Positions 47,551 through 56,614 of a stretch of 64,000 nucleotides of DNA are shown piece by piece (position 1 is the stretch's first letter; the number at the start of each line of letters is the position of its first letter). The stretch is from Bacillota bacterium. GTDB taxonomy: Bacteria > Bacillota > UBA5301 > JAMCQP01. A model generated the notes under the pieces. That model searched no databases. It saw nothing but the letters and a program-made list of their open reading frames with translations, and was not told the DNA's origin. The position numbers were made by a program, and so were the translations under genes. Where the stretch lies: positions 5,165-69,164 of the forward strand of contig JAMCQP010000083.1 of NCBI GenBank assembly GCA_023381695.1, given 5' to 3'.

Positions 47551-48375
47551 GTGATATCCTCGGTGGGTCGAAAGGGGATGTGGCGCTTGGGCAAGGTGCA
47601 CGTGGGGGACATCGACATCCACTACGAAATTCACGGGAGTGGGGAACCGCTGGTCCTCATCGAAGGGCTGGGCTATGCCGCCTGGATGTGGTTCAAGCAG
47701 GTTCCCGAGTTGTCGAAGCACTTTCAGGTGATCATCTTTGACAACCGTGGGGTCGGCAACACGGATAAACCGGATATGGAGTATTCCATCAAAATGTTTG
47801 CCGAGGACACGGCCGGGCTCCTCAAAGCGCTTGGCATTCCCCGGGCATACATCCTCGGCGTTTCCATGGGAGGTTTTATCGCGCAGGAGTTTGCTCTTGC
47901 TTACCCGGAGATGGCCAAAAAGCTCATCCTGTGTTCAACCTCCTTCGGTGGGCCGCATATGATTCCGATTCCTGAGCGCACTTTGCAGATCATGGCCCAG
48001 GGGGGTCGGACGCCGGAAGAGACCTTCCGGGTTGGCCTTTCGGTGGCGGTGGGAGGGAATTATCTGCAAAAGAAGGCAGATGAAATGGAGATGATCATCG
48101 GCTGGCGCCTGGCCAATATTCAGCCCAGGTATGCCTATATGCGGCAGTTCCATGCCGGCGCGGGTTTTGACGCCGAGGAGCGGGTCGGCCGGATCACGGC
48201 GCCAACCCTGGTCATGGCCGGTGAGGATGATCAGGTGGTTCCGGCCGAAAATGCCCGCCTTCTGACGGCAAAGATCGCGGGGGCCAGGCTGGAACTCTTT
48301 CCCGGCGCCGGGCACCTGTTCTTTATCGAAAAAGCCGCGGAATTCAACCGGAAGGTCCTGGATTTCTTGCGGTAA
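47551..48375 (+). CDS. Alpha/beta-hydrolase (enol-lactonase / BioH-like paralog 1)
   Basis: Nucleophile elbow GVSMGG with HGSGEP and oxyanion-hole context. The start codon is uncertain. Confidence 0.75.
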   Translation: MISSVGRKGMWRLGKVHVGDIDIHYEIHGSGEPLVLIEGLGYAAWMWFKQVPELSKHFQVIIFDNRGVGNTDKPDMEYSIKMFAEDTAGLLKALGIPRAYILGVSMGGFIAQEFALAYPEMAKKLILCSTSFGGPHMIPIPERTLQIMAQGGRTPEETFRVGLSVAVGGNYLQKKADEMEMIIGWRLANIQPRYAYMRQFHAGAGFDAEERVGRITAPTLVMAGEDDQVVPAENARLLTAKIAGARLELFPGAGHLFFIEKAAEFNRKVLDFLR

Positions 48376-48468
48376 CATGGATGTTTCCTATGCTTCCTTG
48401 CGATGAATTGAGGATTTCTCGCGACAAACCGGGGTATCTGTTCCAACGGTAAATTGGGGGCATCGTTG

Positions 48469-49485
48469 ATGAAGGACTTTAGCGTGGGGATTGTGAGCAC
48501 CGGCATCTACCTGCCGGAGAATTGTCATGACAGCGCCTATATTGCTCAGGAAACCGGAATCCCAATCGAGGTCATTGAAAAGAAGTTCGGGATCAAGAGG
48601 AAACCGCGGGCCGGCGACAAGGATCAATCGGCCTACATGGCGGTCAAGGCGGCGCAAAAGGCTCTGGACGGCCACGATCCCAAAGAAATTGATCTATTGA
48701 TCTGGACGGGCAGTGAGCACAAGGACTTTTACGTCTGGTCGGCGGGGATCAAGGTACAGCATGAAATCGGGGCTCAAAACGCCTGGGCCATCGATGTGGC
48801 GGCCCGTTGTTCCACGAACATCGTGGCCTTGAAGCTGGTCAAGGATATCATGCAATCCGATCCGGCCATCAATACGGTGCTGTTGGCCGGCGGGCACCGG
48901 ACCTGTGATCTGATCAATTACAAGAACGAGCGGGCCCGTTTCCTGATCAACCTCAGCGACGGGGGAAGCGCCATTCTTCTGAAGAAGAGCCACCCCGCAA
49001 ACCTGGTTTTGGGCACCTCGATCATCACCGACGGCGCCTTTTCCGAGGATGTGATCATCCCGGCCGGCGGGACCCGGATGCCCACCAGCCGCGAGACCAT
49101 CGAACGGGGGCTGCACTTTTTCGATGTGCCGGATCCGCAAGGGATGAAGGAACGGCTGGACAAGTCGTCCATGCGCAATTTTGTAAAAGTCATCCAGGAG
49201 GCGGTGGAAAAGAGCGGGTACAAGGTTGAAGATATCGATTATCTGGCCCTGCTCCACATGAAACGTTCCGCCCATGATTACATTTTGAGCGAGTTGGGGC
49301 TCAACCAATCCCAATCCATCTACCTGGACGACTACGGGCATATTGGGGCGCCTGATCAGGTGCTTTCCCTGGAATTGGCCAGCCGGCAGGGCAAGGTCAA
49401 GGACGGGGATCTGGTGGTGTTGGCCAGCGCCGGGATCGGCTATACCTGGGCGGCCACCGTCATCAAGTGGGGGCCGGCTGTCTAG
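48469..49485 (+). CDS. KAS III (FabH)-like thiolase-fold enzyme with non-canonical Cys-His-His active-site pattern
   Basis: FabH-like N-terminus (GIVSTGIYLP), Cys in AARCSTN, His in LLHMKRSA, and a YGHIG motif where FabH has GNTSAAS. Confidence 0.7.
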   Translation: MKDFSVGIVSTGIYLPENCHDSAYIAQETGIPIEVIEKKFGIKRKPRAGDKDQSAYMAVKAAQKALDGHDPKEIDLLIWTGSEHKDFYVWSAGIKVQHEIGAQNAWAIDVAARCSTNIVALKLVKDIMQSDPAINTVLLAGGHRTCDLINYKNERARFLINLSDGGSAILLKKSHPANLVLGTSIITDGAFSEDVIIPAGGTRMPTSRETIERGLHFFDVPDPQGMKERLDKSSMRNFVKVIQEAVEKSGYKVEDIDYLALLHMKRSAHDYILSELGLNQSQSIYLDDYGHIGAPDQVLSLELASRQGKVKDGDLVVLASAGIGYTWAATVIKWGPAV

Positions 49486-49567
49486 CGGGACTAGCAGGCT
49501 AAGAGATTTGAGGAGAATGGTGCTTAACTTTAGGAAAATGCGAAACCAAAATGGGGGGCCAGACAGA

Positions 49568-50308
49568 ATGCGACTAAAAGACAAAGTGGCGGTTATCACC
49601 GGCGGTGCAAGGGGTATCGGCAAGGAGACGGCGCTTCTCTTCGCCCGGGAAGGCGGCAGGGTGGTCATCTGCGATGTGGATGCGCAGACGGGTCAGGCGG
49701 CCCTGGAAGAGATCAAGGCCTGTGGAGCCGGCGCCCTCTTCTACAAGGTCGATGTCACGAACCGTGCCGAGGTGGCGGCCATGGTGGACGGCGCCGTGCA
49801 GAAATTCGGCCGGATTGACATTCTGATCAACAACGCCGGGATCACCCAGGACGGCTTTCTTACCAAGCTGACCGAGGAGCAGTGGGACAGGGTGGTCGAC
49901 ATCAATCTCAAGGGGGTCTTCAACTGCTCCCAGGCTGTGGCGCAGGTGATGCTGAACCAGGGGCGCGGCAAGATCATCAATGCTTCTTCGGTGGTGGGAG
50001 TCTATGGCAACATCGGCCAGACCAACTATGCGGCCACCAAGGCCGGCGTCATCGGGATGACCCGGAGCTGGGCGAAAGAACTGGGCAAGAAAGGGATTAA
50101 CGTGAACGCCGTGGCGCCCGGGTTTATCGTCACCGATATGACCAGCAAGGTTCCGGAGAAGGTGCTGGATCTGATGAAGGAGAAAACGCCGCTTGGCCGG
50201 CTGGGGCAGCCGAAGGATATCGCCAATGCCTACCTTTTCCTGGCCTCGGACGAGGCGGACTACGTGAACGGCGCGATATTGAGCGTGGATGGCGGGTTGG
50301 TGCTCTGA
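49568..50308 (+). CDS. SDR family oxidoreductase (FabG / 3-hydroxyacyl-CoA dehydrogenase-like)
   Basis: TGGARGIG Rossmann motif, NNAG and YAATKAG (YxxxK) motifs. Confidence 0.85.
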   Translation: MRLKDKVAVITGGARGIGKETALLFAREGGRVVICDVDAQTGQAALEEIKACGAGALFYKVDVTNRAEVAAMVDGAVQKFGRIDILINNAGITQDGFLTKLTEEQWDRVVDINLKGVFNCSQAVAQVMLNQGRGKIINASSVVGVYGNIGQTNYAATKAGVIGMTRSWAKELGKKGINVNAVAPGFIVTDMTSKVPEKVLDLMKEKTPLGRLGQPKDIANAYLFLASDEADYVNGAILSVDGGLVL

Positions 50309-50385
50309 GAGCGAGAGTGAAAGTGAAAGTGGCCAGCGCGCCGGGAGGGCGCAGTGGTCACTGAGATATCGTTGGAGGGGATACC

Positions 50386-51681
50386 TTGGACGTAAAGGAT
50401 CTGTACAACAAGAAGCTGCTCTCCATACCGGAGGCTGTGAAACTGGTCAAGTCCAATCAAGGCATCGGGGTCGCCATGGCCGGTTCCGAACCGCCGGGGC
50501 TTTTAGGGGCTCTGGGGAGCCGCAAGGATGAGGTGGAGAGTGTCTCGGTGATTACCACCCTCACCCTGAAACCCTACGATTTCTTTTCCAAGCCCGAGAT
50601 GCGGGGGCATTTCCTGATGGAAACCTGGTTTTACGGGGAGCCGGCCCGGGCCGCCCATCAGTACGGCACGGTCTCGCTGATCCCGTCCAACCTGGGAGAG
50701 GCCGGTAGGAAGCGGGCGCAGTTTAACCCGCCGGATATCTTCTGGGGTACAGCCACGCCCATGGATAAATTCGGTTACTTCTCGCTCTCCCTGGGTGTGA
50801 CCTACGAGAAGATCCTTCTACGGAGCGCCAAAATGGTGGTGCTGGAGATTAACGAAAACCTGCCGCGGACTTTGGGCGACACCATGGTGCACATCTCCGA
50901 GGTGGATTACGTGGTGGAGAATACCTGCCCGCTGGTGGAGCTTCCAGTGGTGGAGCCCTCCCCGGAAGATATCGCCGTCGGCAATTACATCGCGGATCTC
51001 ATCGAGGACGGTTCCACCATCCAGCTTGGGATTGGCGGGATTCCCAACGCCATCACCAGATCGCTCATGGACAAGAAGGACCTGGGTGTCCATACGGAGA
51101 TGTTCACCGACGGCATGGTGGATCTGTATCACGCCGGGGTGATCACCGGGAGGCAGAAGACCCTCTGGCCGGAGAAGATGGTGGGCACCTTTGCGCTGGG
51201 GACCAAAAAGCTCTACGACTTTATCGACGACAACCTGGCGGTGGAGTTCCAGCAAGGCTACATCACCAACAGTCCGGAGATCATCGCCAAAAACCACAAG
51301 ATGGTGAGCATCAATACCTCCCTGCAGATCGATCTCACCGGGCAATGCTGCTCGGAGTCTCTGGGCGCCATCCAGTACAGCGGCGCGGGCGGGCAGAGCG
51401 ACACCCAGCGGGGAGCCCAGATGTCGCCGGGAGGCAAAGCCTTCATTGCCCTGAGGTCCACCGCCAGGAAAGGCACGGTCTCCACCATTGTACCCCAGCT
51501 CACGCCGGGCGCGTACGTCACCCTCAACCGGATGGATGTGGATTACGTGGTGACCGAGCACGGGGTGGCCCACCTCAAGGGCCGTTGCGTGCGAGACCGG
51601 GCGAAGGCCCTGATCAGCATCGCGCATCCGGATTTCCGGGGGGGGTTGAGAAAAGAAGCGGAACGGCTGCGGCTGTGGTAG
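50386..51681 (+). CDS. Acetyl-CoA hydrolase/transferase family protein (4-hydroxybutyrate / succinyl-CoA CoA-transferase type)
   Basis: Family motif SGAGGQSD, 431 aa. TTG start with RBS GGAGGGG. Confidence 0.8.
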   Translation: MDVKDLYNKKLLSIPEAVKLVKSNQGIGVAMAGSEPPGLLGALGSRKDEVESVSVITTLTLKPYDFFSKPEMRGHFLMETWFYGEPARAAHQYGTVSLIPSNLGEAGRKRAQFNPPDIFWGTATPMDKFGYFSLSLGVTYEKILLRSAKMVVLEINENLPRTLGDTMVHISEVDYVVENTCPLVELPVVEPSPEDIAVGNYIADLIEDGSTIQLGIGGIPNAITRSLMDKKDLGVHTEMFTDGMVDLYHAGVITGRQKTLWPEKMVGTFALGTKKLYDFIDDNLAVEFQQGYITNSPEIIAKNHKMVSINTSLQIDLTGQCCSESLGAIQYSGAGGQSDTQRGAQMSPGGKAFIALRSTARKGTVSTIVPQLTPGAYVTLNRMDVDYVVTEHGVAHLKGRCVRDRAKALISIAHPDFRGGLRKEAERLRLW

Positions 51682-51735
51682 CTTAGCCCCCCATGGCCGT
51701 GGTAGCTAAACGCCATGGCTTTGGTAGCCAAACCA
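51676..51735. repeat. Three direct copies of a GTGGTAGCyaAnC motif at 24-bp and 22-bp spacing
   Basis: Copies start at 51676, 51700 and 51722, each followed by a ccatgg/ccaaacc-type unit. Confidence 0.5.
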
Positions 51736-51754
51736 CCAACAGGGAGGTGGCCAG

Positions 51755-51799
51755 ATGGATCCCACACTTGAGGCGATTGTCAAGGCGCTCCCATTCTGA
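51755..51799 (+). other. 14-codon ORF (MDPTLEAIVKALPF) with strong Shine-Dalgarno AGGGAGGTGG
   Basis: The ATG lies 6 nt after the SD, inside a repeat-rich intergenic region; possible leader peptide. Confidence 0.3.
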
Positions 51800-51819
51800 G
51801 GAGTTTGCCAGGCTAATTT

Positions 51820-51851
51820 AAAGTCTGAAACGAGGAAAGTCTGAAACGAGG
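51820..51851. repeat. Perfect 16-bp tandem duplication AAAGTCTGAAACGAGG, two copies
   Basis: Read directly. It ends 9 nt before the start codon of the downstream hydrolase. Confidence 0.6.
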
Positions 51852-51860
51852 TAGTTTAGC

Positions 51861-52700
51861 ATGCCAATGGTGAAGGTCAACAACGTGGGATTATTTTACC
51901 AGATCCAGGGCAACGCGCAGGGGGAGACGGTGGTCTTTGTCAACGGCCTCTTGACCGACGCCGCCAGTTGGGCCCAGCATGTACCGGCCTTTTCCAAAGG
52001 TTACAGGGTGGTGACCTACGACTGCCGCGGCCAGGGGCAGTCCGACAAACCGGACCAGACCTACTATACCAGCCTGCATGCCCAGGATCTCCTTGGGCTG
52101 ATGGATGCGCTGGAAATCGACCGGGCGCACCTGGTGGGACTTTCCAACGGCGGGGCGGCGGTCCTGCAATTTGCCGTGGATAACCCCGAGCGGGCAAACA
52201 GCCTGGTGCTGGTGGACGCCTACGCCCGGGTGGATGCGATTCTAAAGGCGAAATTGCAGAGCTGGGTGGCGGCCATGGAAGCCGGCGGGAGCCCGTTGCG
52301 CTTTGATGTGGCCACTCCCTACGTCTGGGGAGGCTCCTTTCTGGAAAGAAATCTGGAGACGCTCAGCACCTTCCGCGAGAAGGGCCGCAACCTTCCGATC
52401 ACGCCTGCCAAAAACCTGATCCAGGGGGCCATGGTTCACGATTGCCTGGACAGGCTGGGCGAGATCAAGGCGCCGGTCTTGCTGGTGGTGGGAGAAGAGG
52501 ATATTCTCACCCCGGTGAAGTACTCCCGGGCGATCCAGGACCGGGTGGCCGGCGTGGAACTGGCAATTATCAAAGATGCCGGCCACGCGTCGTGCCTCGA
52601 AAAGGCCGCGGAGTTCAACCAGATTGTTCTGGATTTCCTGGCGCGGCGGGGAGCGGCGGCCACAAAGAATCAGGCGTTTGGAAACAGATCGGCAACATAA
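51861..52700 (+). CDS. Alpha/beta-hydrolase (paralog 2)
   Basis: Nucleophile elbow GLSNGG, HG box VVFVNG. Confidence 0.8.
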   Translation: MPMVKVNNVGLFYQIQGNAQGETVVFVNGLLTDAASWAQHVPAFSKGYRVVTYDCRGQGQSDKPDQTYYTSLHAQDLLGLMDALEIDRAHLVGLSNGGAAVLQFAVDNPERANSLVLVDAYARVDAILKAKLQSWVAAMEAGGSPLRFDVATPYVWGGSFLERNLETLSTFREKGRNLPITPAKNLIQGAMVHDCLDRLGEIKAPVLLVVGEEDILTPVKYSRAIQDRVAGVELAIIKDAGHASCLEKAAEFNQIVLDFLARRGAAATKNQAFGNRSAT

Positions 52701-52726
52701 CAAGATCAATACAGGGGGTGGCCAGA

Positions 52727-54256
52727 GTGATCTTTCATGGCAATCCGGTAGACCGGCGATGGAGAAGAGCGGCAATCAATGCGTCAGTTTTCGGCCTGCT
52801 CTTCTTTATGGTTCTTGCGTGGGGGCCCATCGACACCGGTATGCGGACCGCGGAGGCGGCTACGAGAAATTTATGGATCTACAAGGGCTTTCAGCCTTCC
52901 AGTTTCTGGGACGGCGGGATCGAGATCCTGCAGGCCAATTTCGGTGGCTTCAGACCCCAGTACCACAACGAACGGACCGCCTTCAAGGTCAGCAATGATC
53001 TCTACTACGAGGTGGTGGAGAAGTCCAGGGAGATTCGGGCGGCCTGGGACAAGGTGAGTACCGGCGGAAAGCCCGAACCGGGTTACTTCCTGCTACACAA
53101 GCATAAGGGCTGGGATTGGTCAACATTGGATTCGGTGCCCGTTCTTTTAGTCCACGGCGCAATGCAGACCGGGCAGGACTGGATTCACACCTATGGGTCG
53201 GGCTATTGGGGCTTTTCATCGTTTCTCTACTACTATTACAACAAAAAGGTTTTTGCGGTTACCTTTTCGCACCCGCACGGCGACAATTACAATCAGGCCG
53301 CCGAACTTGCGGCGGCCATCGACCGCGTGAAGTATCTTACCGGCGCCGACAAGGTGGATGTGATCTCCTGGAGCAAGGGCTCGATCCCCGCCCGGCTCTA
53401 TCTCTCCAATGTGGCAACCTGGGATGGCCGGGGTTCCTTTGTTCCATTGTATGGTAACGAGGTGAGGAAGTACGCCAGTGTCGCCGGGCCGAATCTGGGT
53501 ATCGACTTTAATTTCCGGCATCCGTACAATAATTACCAACTGGTTACGCTTGATCCTGCTTCACAAGGCGCCAACGGGCCGCTGGCCTGGACCGATGTGA
53601 ACCGGACGCTGGCCACCAGTTCGGATATCGGGGCCGGAGACATCGGCAATCTCACCATTTACAGCGCCTGCTACCCTGGCCAACATCAGATTGCCTATCC
53701 GCATACCGAGTATAGCGTGGACGATCCATCCATTCTGGACATTCCGGAGCAGGATGGGAAGTTCCTTGGAATTTTGCAGGATAAGTATTTCGGCGGTTAC
53801 ACCATAAACACCGCCGATCGGCTCAAACTCAGGCACATTAACTTCTATGGCGGAGACTATACGGCAAGCGCAGATGGATATTCACCGCAATATTTCTTTA
53901 CCTCCGGCGGGATTGCCGCGGCCCAGGCCATCGATGGTTCCCTGATTGACCGGATGCGATATAAAAAGGTTCTCAGCGACCAGACGTACATTGTCTACGG
54001 CACCAGCCAGAACAGCCTGCCCGGTATTTTCCCGGAAAAGGACGGCCCGTCGGACGCGGTTTTGTTTGAAAATAGCGCGGCCAATTCAGATTGGGTGGAC
54101 AACCTGACCGGGATCCGTTCGATCTACGCCAATCATATCGAGATCTTGTCCGGCATGGCTTTTAGCGGCTACAACGGGGATGACTACCGCCCGTTCGCCT
54201 ACTTTTACAGCTGGTGGGAGCCGTTGTATGTTATCGCTCAGATGCTCTACTACTAA
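52727..54256 (+). CDS. Secreted lipase/esterase-like alpha/beta-hydrolase with a C-terminal Tyr/Gly/Asp-rich domain of about 200 aa of unknown function
   Basis: GTG start with RBS GGGGG. Sec-type signal (RRWRRAAINASVFGLLFFMVLAWG...AEAA). PVLLVHGAMQTGQDW and a lipase-like pentapeptide context (VISWSKGS). Confidence 0.6.
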   Translation: MIFHGNPVDRRWRRAAINASVFGLLFFMVLAWGPIDTGMRTAEAATRNLWIYKGFQPSSFWDGGIEILQANFGGFRPQYHNERTAFKVSNDLYYEVVEKSREIRAAWDKVSTGGKPEPGYFLLHKHKGWDWSTLDSVPVLLVHGAMQTGQDWIHTYGSGYWGFSSFLYYYYNKKVFAVTFSHPHGDNYNQAAELAAAIDRVKYLTGADKVDVISWSKGSIPARLYLSNVATWDGRGSFVPLYGNEVRKYASVAGPNLGIDFNFRHPYNNYQLVTLDPASQGANGPLAWTDVNRTLATSSDIGAGDIGNLTIYSACYPGQHQIAYPHTEYSVDDPSILDIPEQDGKFLGILQDKYFGGYTINTADRLKLRHINFYGGDYTASADGYSPQYFFTSGGIAAAQAIDGSLIDRMRYKKVLSDQTYIVYGTSQNSLPGIFPEKDGPSDAVLFENSAANSDWVDNLTGIRSIYANHIEILSGMAFSGYNGDDYRPFAYFYSWWEPLYVIAQMLYY

Positions 54257-54275
54257 TAGTCCCGGACCTGTTGGC

Positions 54276-55604
54276 GTGATCGGTATTGGTGCCATGGTTG
54301 CCGCGATATTGCTGTTGCTCCCGGGGATCGGTGAAGGAGCCCTTCCCGGGGAGAAGGTTCTCCTGGGAGAAATCGAGGGAGCGCCAATCACCCTGGAAAG
54401 TTTCAAAGAGGCCTTGCGCCACGATCCGCTTCGTGCCTTCGAGAGGAGTGCCAGGCCGGAGTTTGCGCCGGCCCCGGAGGGCCGGCCGGAGTTGAAGCGG
54501 CATTTGGAAGAGTATCTTACAAACGAAGTCCTCTACCGGGAAGCAGTCCACAACGGTTTTCCCGCTGCTCCGGAAGTTGCGGCGGATCTGGCGGTAACCA
54601 TGAGAAGCTTTACGATTGAATATTTCAGGGCCAGCCTGCAGGCGGAGGCGCAAAAGCAGGTAACCATTTCCGATGAAGACCTGGCGGCTTTTGGCACTAA
54701 TTATCTGGTGGAGCTGGTAGGGATCTCGTTTAATCCCGGGATACCGGATGAAGAAAAGCGGGCACGGCGGGCGGCGGAGGAGATCCGAAAGTTGCTGGCG
54801 GATGGCGCCGCAGAATTCGATCAAGTGGTTGGCGCCTACCTCGAGCAACGGTTGGCTGCCAGCCAGGCAGGCTTTCTTGCCGAAAAGTATGCCGGATGGC
54901 TGGCGGCGCCGGACCTTCCCCCGGTTCTGGGCGCGGAGATCCAGAAGCTTAAAGACGGCGATGTTTCCCGGGTCATACGCTCCGGCGCCAGGTACATGGT
55001 CTTTCGGCTCAAGGAACGCCGGAAACTTTCAGCCCGGGAGGCCGGAAGCGACCGGCTCCTTCAGGCCCGGATCGCCGGCGGGAAGGCCAGTATGCTGCTC
55101 CAGCAGGATTACCAGCGGATGTTTGAAAGACACATGGCCAGGATTGCCTTTAATCCGGATAACCTTTATGATCGGCGCAAGTACGGCGAGACGTTGATCG
55201 GATTGGGGGATTTTTACCGGATTGACGTCTACGAATTTCTGGAAAGGGTTAATCAGATGAAGATCCCCACGGTGGGGCAGATAGGCGCTACGTACTTTGT
55301 GGATCCGGCCAACCGGCAAAACGCGGAGCGGTTTATCCAGATCTACTTTATCAGCCCGCTGATCTACTATCTGGAGGGGAAGGAGCGAAAGCTGGACGAA
55401 CTTCCGGATTTCCGGGCGGCTTACGATTACCGGAGAAGGGTAACTATTGCTCAACTCTACCTTCAGCACCAGCGGCAGGTATTTCGTCAAAAGTTGAACG
55501 GCCAGTGCCAGGAGATTGATCTAGCCGAGGAACGTCTTGCTTTCTGGCAGAAGAGCCTCTGGCGGAAGTACGGCGCCAGGATGTCCGCGGAGTTGCTTCC
55601 GTAA
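54276..55604 (+). CDS. Membrane-anchored PrsA/SurA-like chaperone-like protein with a degenerate parvulin-like segment (candidate dedicated foldase)
   Basis: N-terminal anchor VIGIGAMVAAILLLLPG. SurA-N-like ISDEDLAAFGTNYLVEL. Parvulin-like but degenerate stretch RRAAEEIRKLLADGAAEFDQVV. Highly helical A/L/R/E/Q-rich composition. The start may be GTG 54276 or ATG 54294. Confidence 0.45.
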   Translation: MIGIGAMVAAILLLLPGIGEGALPGEKVLLGEIEGAPITLESFKEALRHDPLRAFERSARPEFAPAPEGRPELKRHLEEYLTNEVLYREAVHNGFPAAPEVAADLAVTMRSFTIEYFRASLQAEAQKQVTISDEDLAAFGTNYLVELVGISFNPGIPDEEKRARRAAEEIRKLLADGAAEFDQVVGAYLEQRLAASQAGFLAEKYAGWLAAPDLPPVLGAEIQKLKDGDVSRVIRSGARYMVFRLKERRKLSAREAGSDRLLQARIAGGKASMLLQQDYQRMFERHMARIAFNPDNLYDRRKYGETLIGLGDFYRIDVYEFLERVNQMKIPTVGQIGATYFVDPANRQNAERFIQIYFISPLIYYLEGKERKLDELPDFRAAYDYRRRVTIAQLYLQHQRQVFRQKLNGQCQEIDLAEERLAFWQKSLWRKYGARMSAELLP

Positions 55605-55661
55605 GAAGGCCTGCTGATAGAGCTTTCATAAGGATCTAAAACAAAAAGGGGGACTGAAAAG

Positions 55662-56546
55662 ATGGGAAAGCCTGAGTTGAAGACGGTGAAACTGGCAAAC
55701 GGCGAGACGATGGGTTACCGGGTGGTTGGCGAAGGGAAGAGGAATGTTCTCCTGATTCATGGCAATCTGGTCTCCTCCAAGTACTGGGAAAGGCTGATGG
55801 CCGATCTTCCGGCCGGGTACAAGGTGTATGCGGTGGATCTGCGGGGTGTAGGGCTGTCTTCGTATCATAAGCCCGTCAATTCCATAAAGGACTTTGCGGA
55901 GGATGTGCGGCAGTTCGTGGACACCATGAATCTGGACCGGTTTATCCTGGTCGGCTGGTCCATGGGTGGAGGCGTGGCCCAGCTCTTTGCCGCCGAAGAT
56001 CCCGCCAGGGTGGAGAAGCTCGTCCTGGTGGATTCGGTTTCATCCAAGGGATTCCCTTATCCCGACCCGAGCACCGGCCAATTCCTCAAGACCAGAGAAG
56101 AAGTCCTGACCAAAGGCGCCGGGGATCTGGCGGCGCTTCTGGCCCAGAAGAGTTTCGACGGTTTCAAGGCGGTGTGGGACGTGGCGGTATTCAACGTGAT
56201 CAAACCCGAGGAAAGCTTTTACAAGGAGCTTGTGGAGGATGTGCTGACCTGCCGGTTCTTCCCGGATTCGGCCTGGGCCATGCACAACTTCAACATCTCC
56301 CGCGAGCATAACGGTGTCGTGGACGGCAACGGACTAGCTGACAGGCTCACCATGCCGGTGCTGGTGATCCGGGGCGAGAGCGACGCGATCATCAACCAGC
56401 AGATGGCCGACGAGACGGTCAAGGCCATTGGCGACAACGCGCAATTGAAGATTGTCGCGGGCGCCGCCCACGCGCCGTTCCTCGACAAGCCGGAAGAATT
56501 CCTGTCGATCTTTGAAAAGTTCGTGGCGGAAGCTCCGGCGGCGTAA
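55662..56546 (+). CDS. Alpha/beta-hydrolase (paralog 3)
   Basis: Nucleophile elbow GWSMGG, HG box LLIHGN. RBS AAGGGGG. Confidence 0.8.
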   Translation: MGKPELKTVKLANGETMGYRVVGEGKRNVLLIHGNLVSSKYWERLMADLPAGYKVYAVDLRGVGLSSYHKPVNSIKDFAEDVRQFVDTMNLDRFILVGWSMGGGVAQLFAAEDPARVEKLVLVDSVSSKGFPYPDPSTGQFLKTREEVLTKGAGDLAALLAQKSFDGFKAVWDVAVFNVIKPEESFYKELVEDVLTCRFFPDSAWAMHNFNISREHNGVVDGNGLADRLTMPVLVIRGESDAIINQQMADETVKAIGDNAQLKIVAGAAHAPFLDKPEEFLSIFEKFVAEAPAA

Positions 56547-56614
56547 GTTTCGAAGGGCATGAGCTTCGAAGCAGGTAGGGTAAAAGGGGCAAAGGGCTGA
56601 TAGGGGGGAAACGG

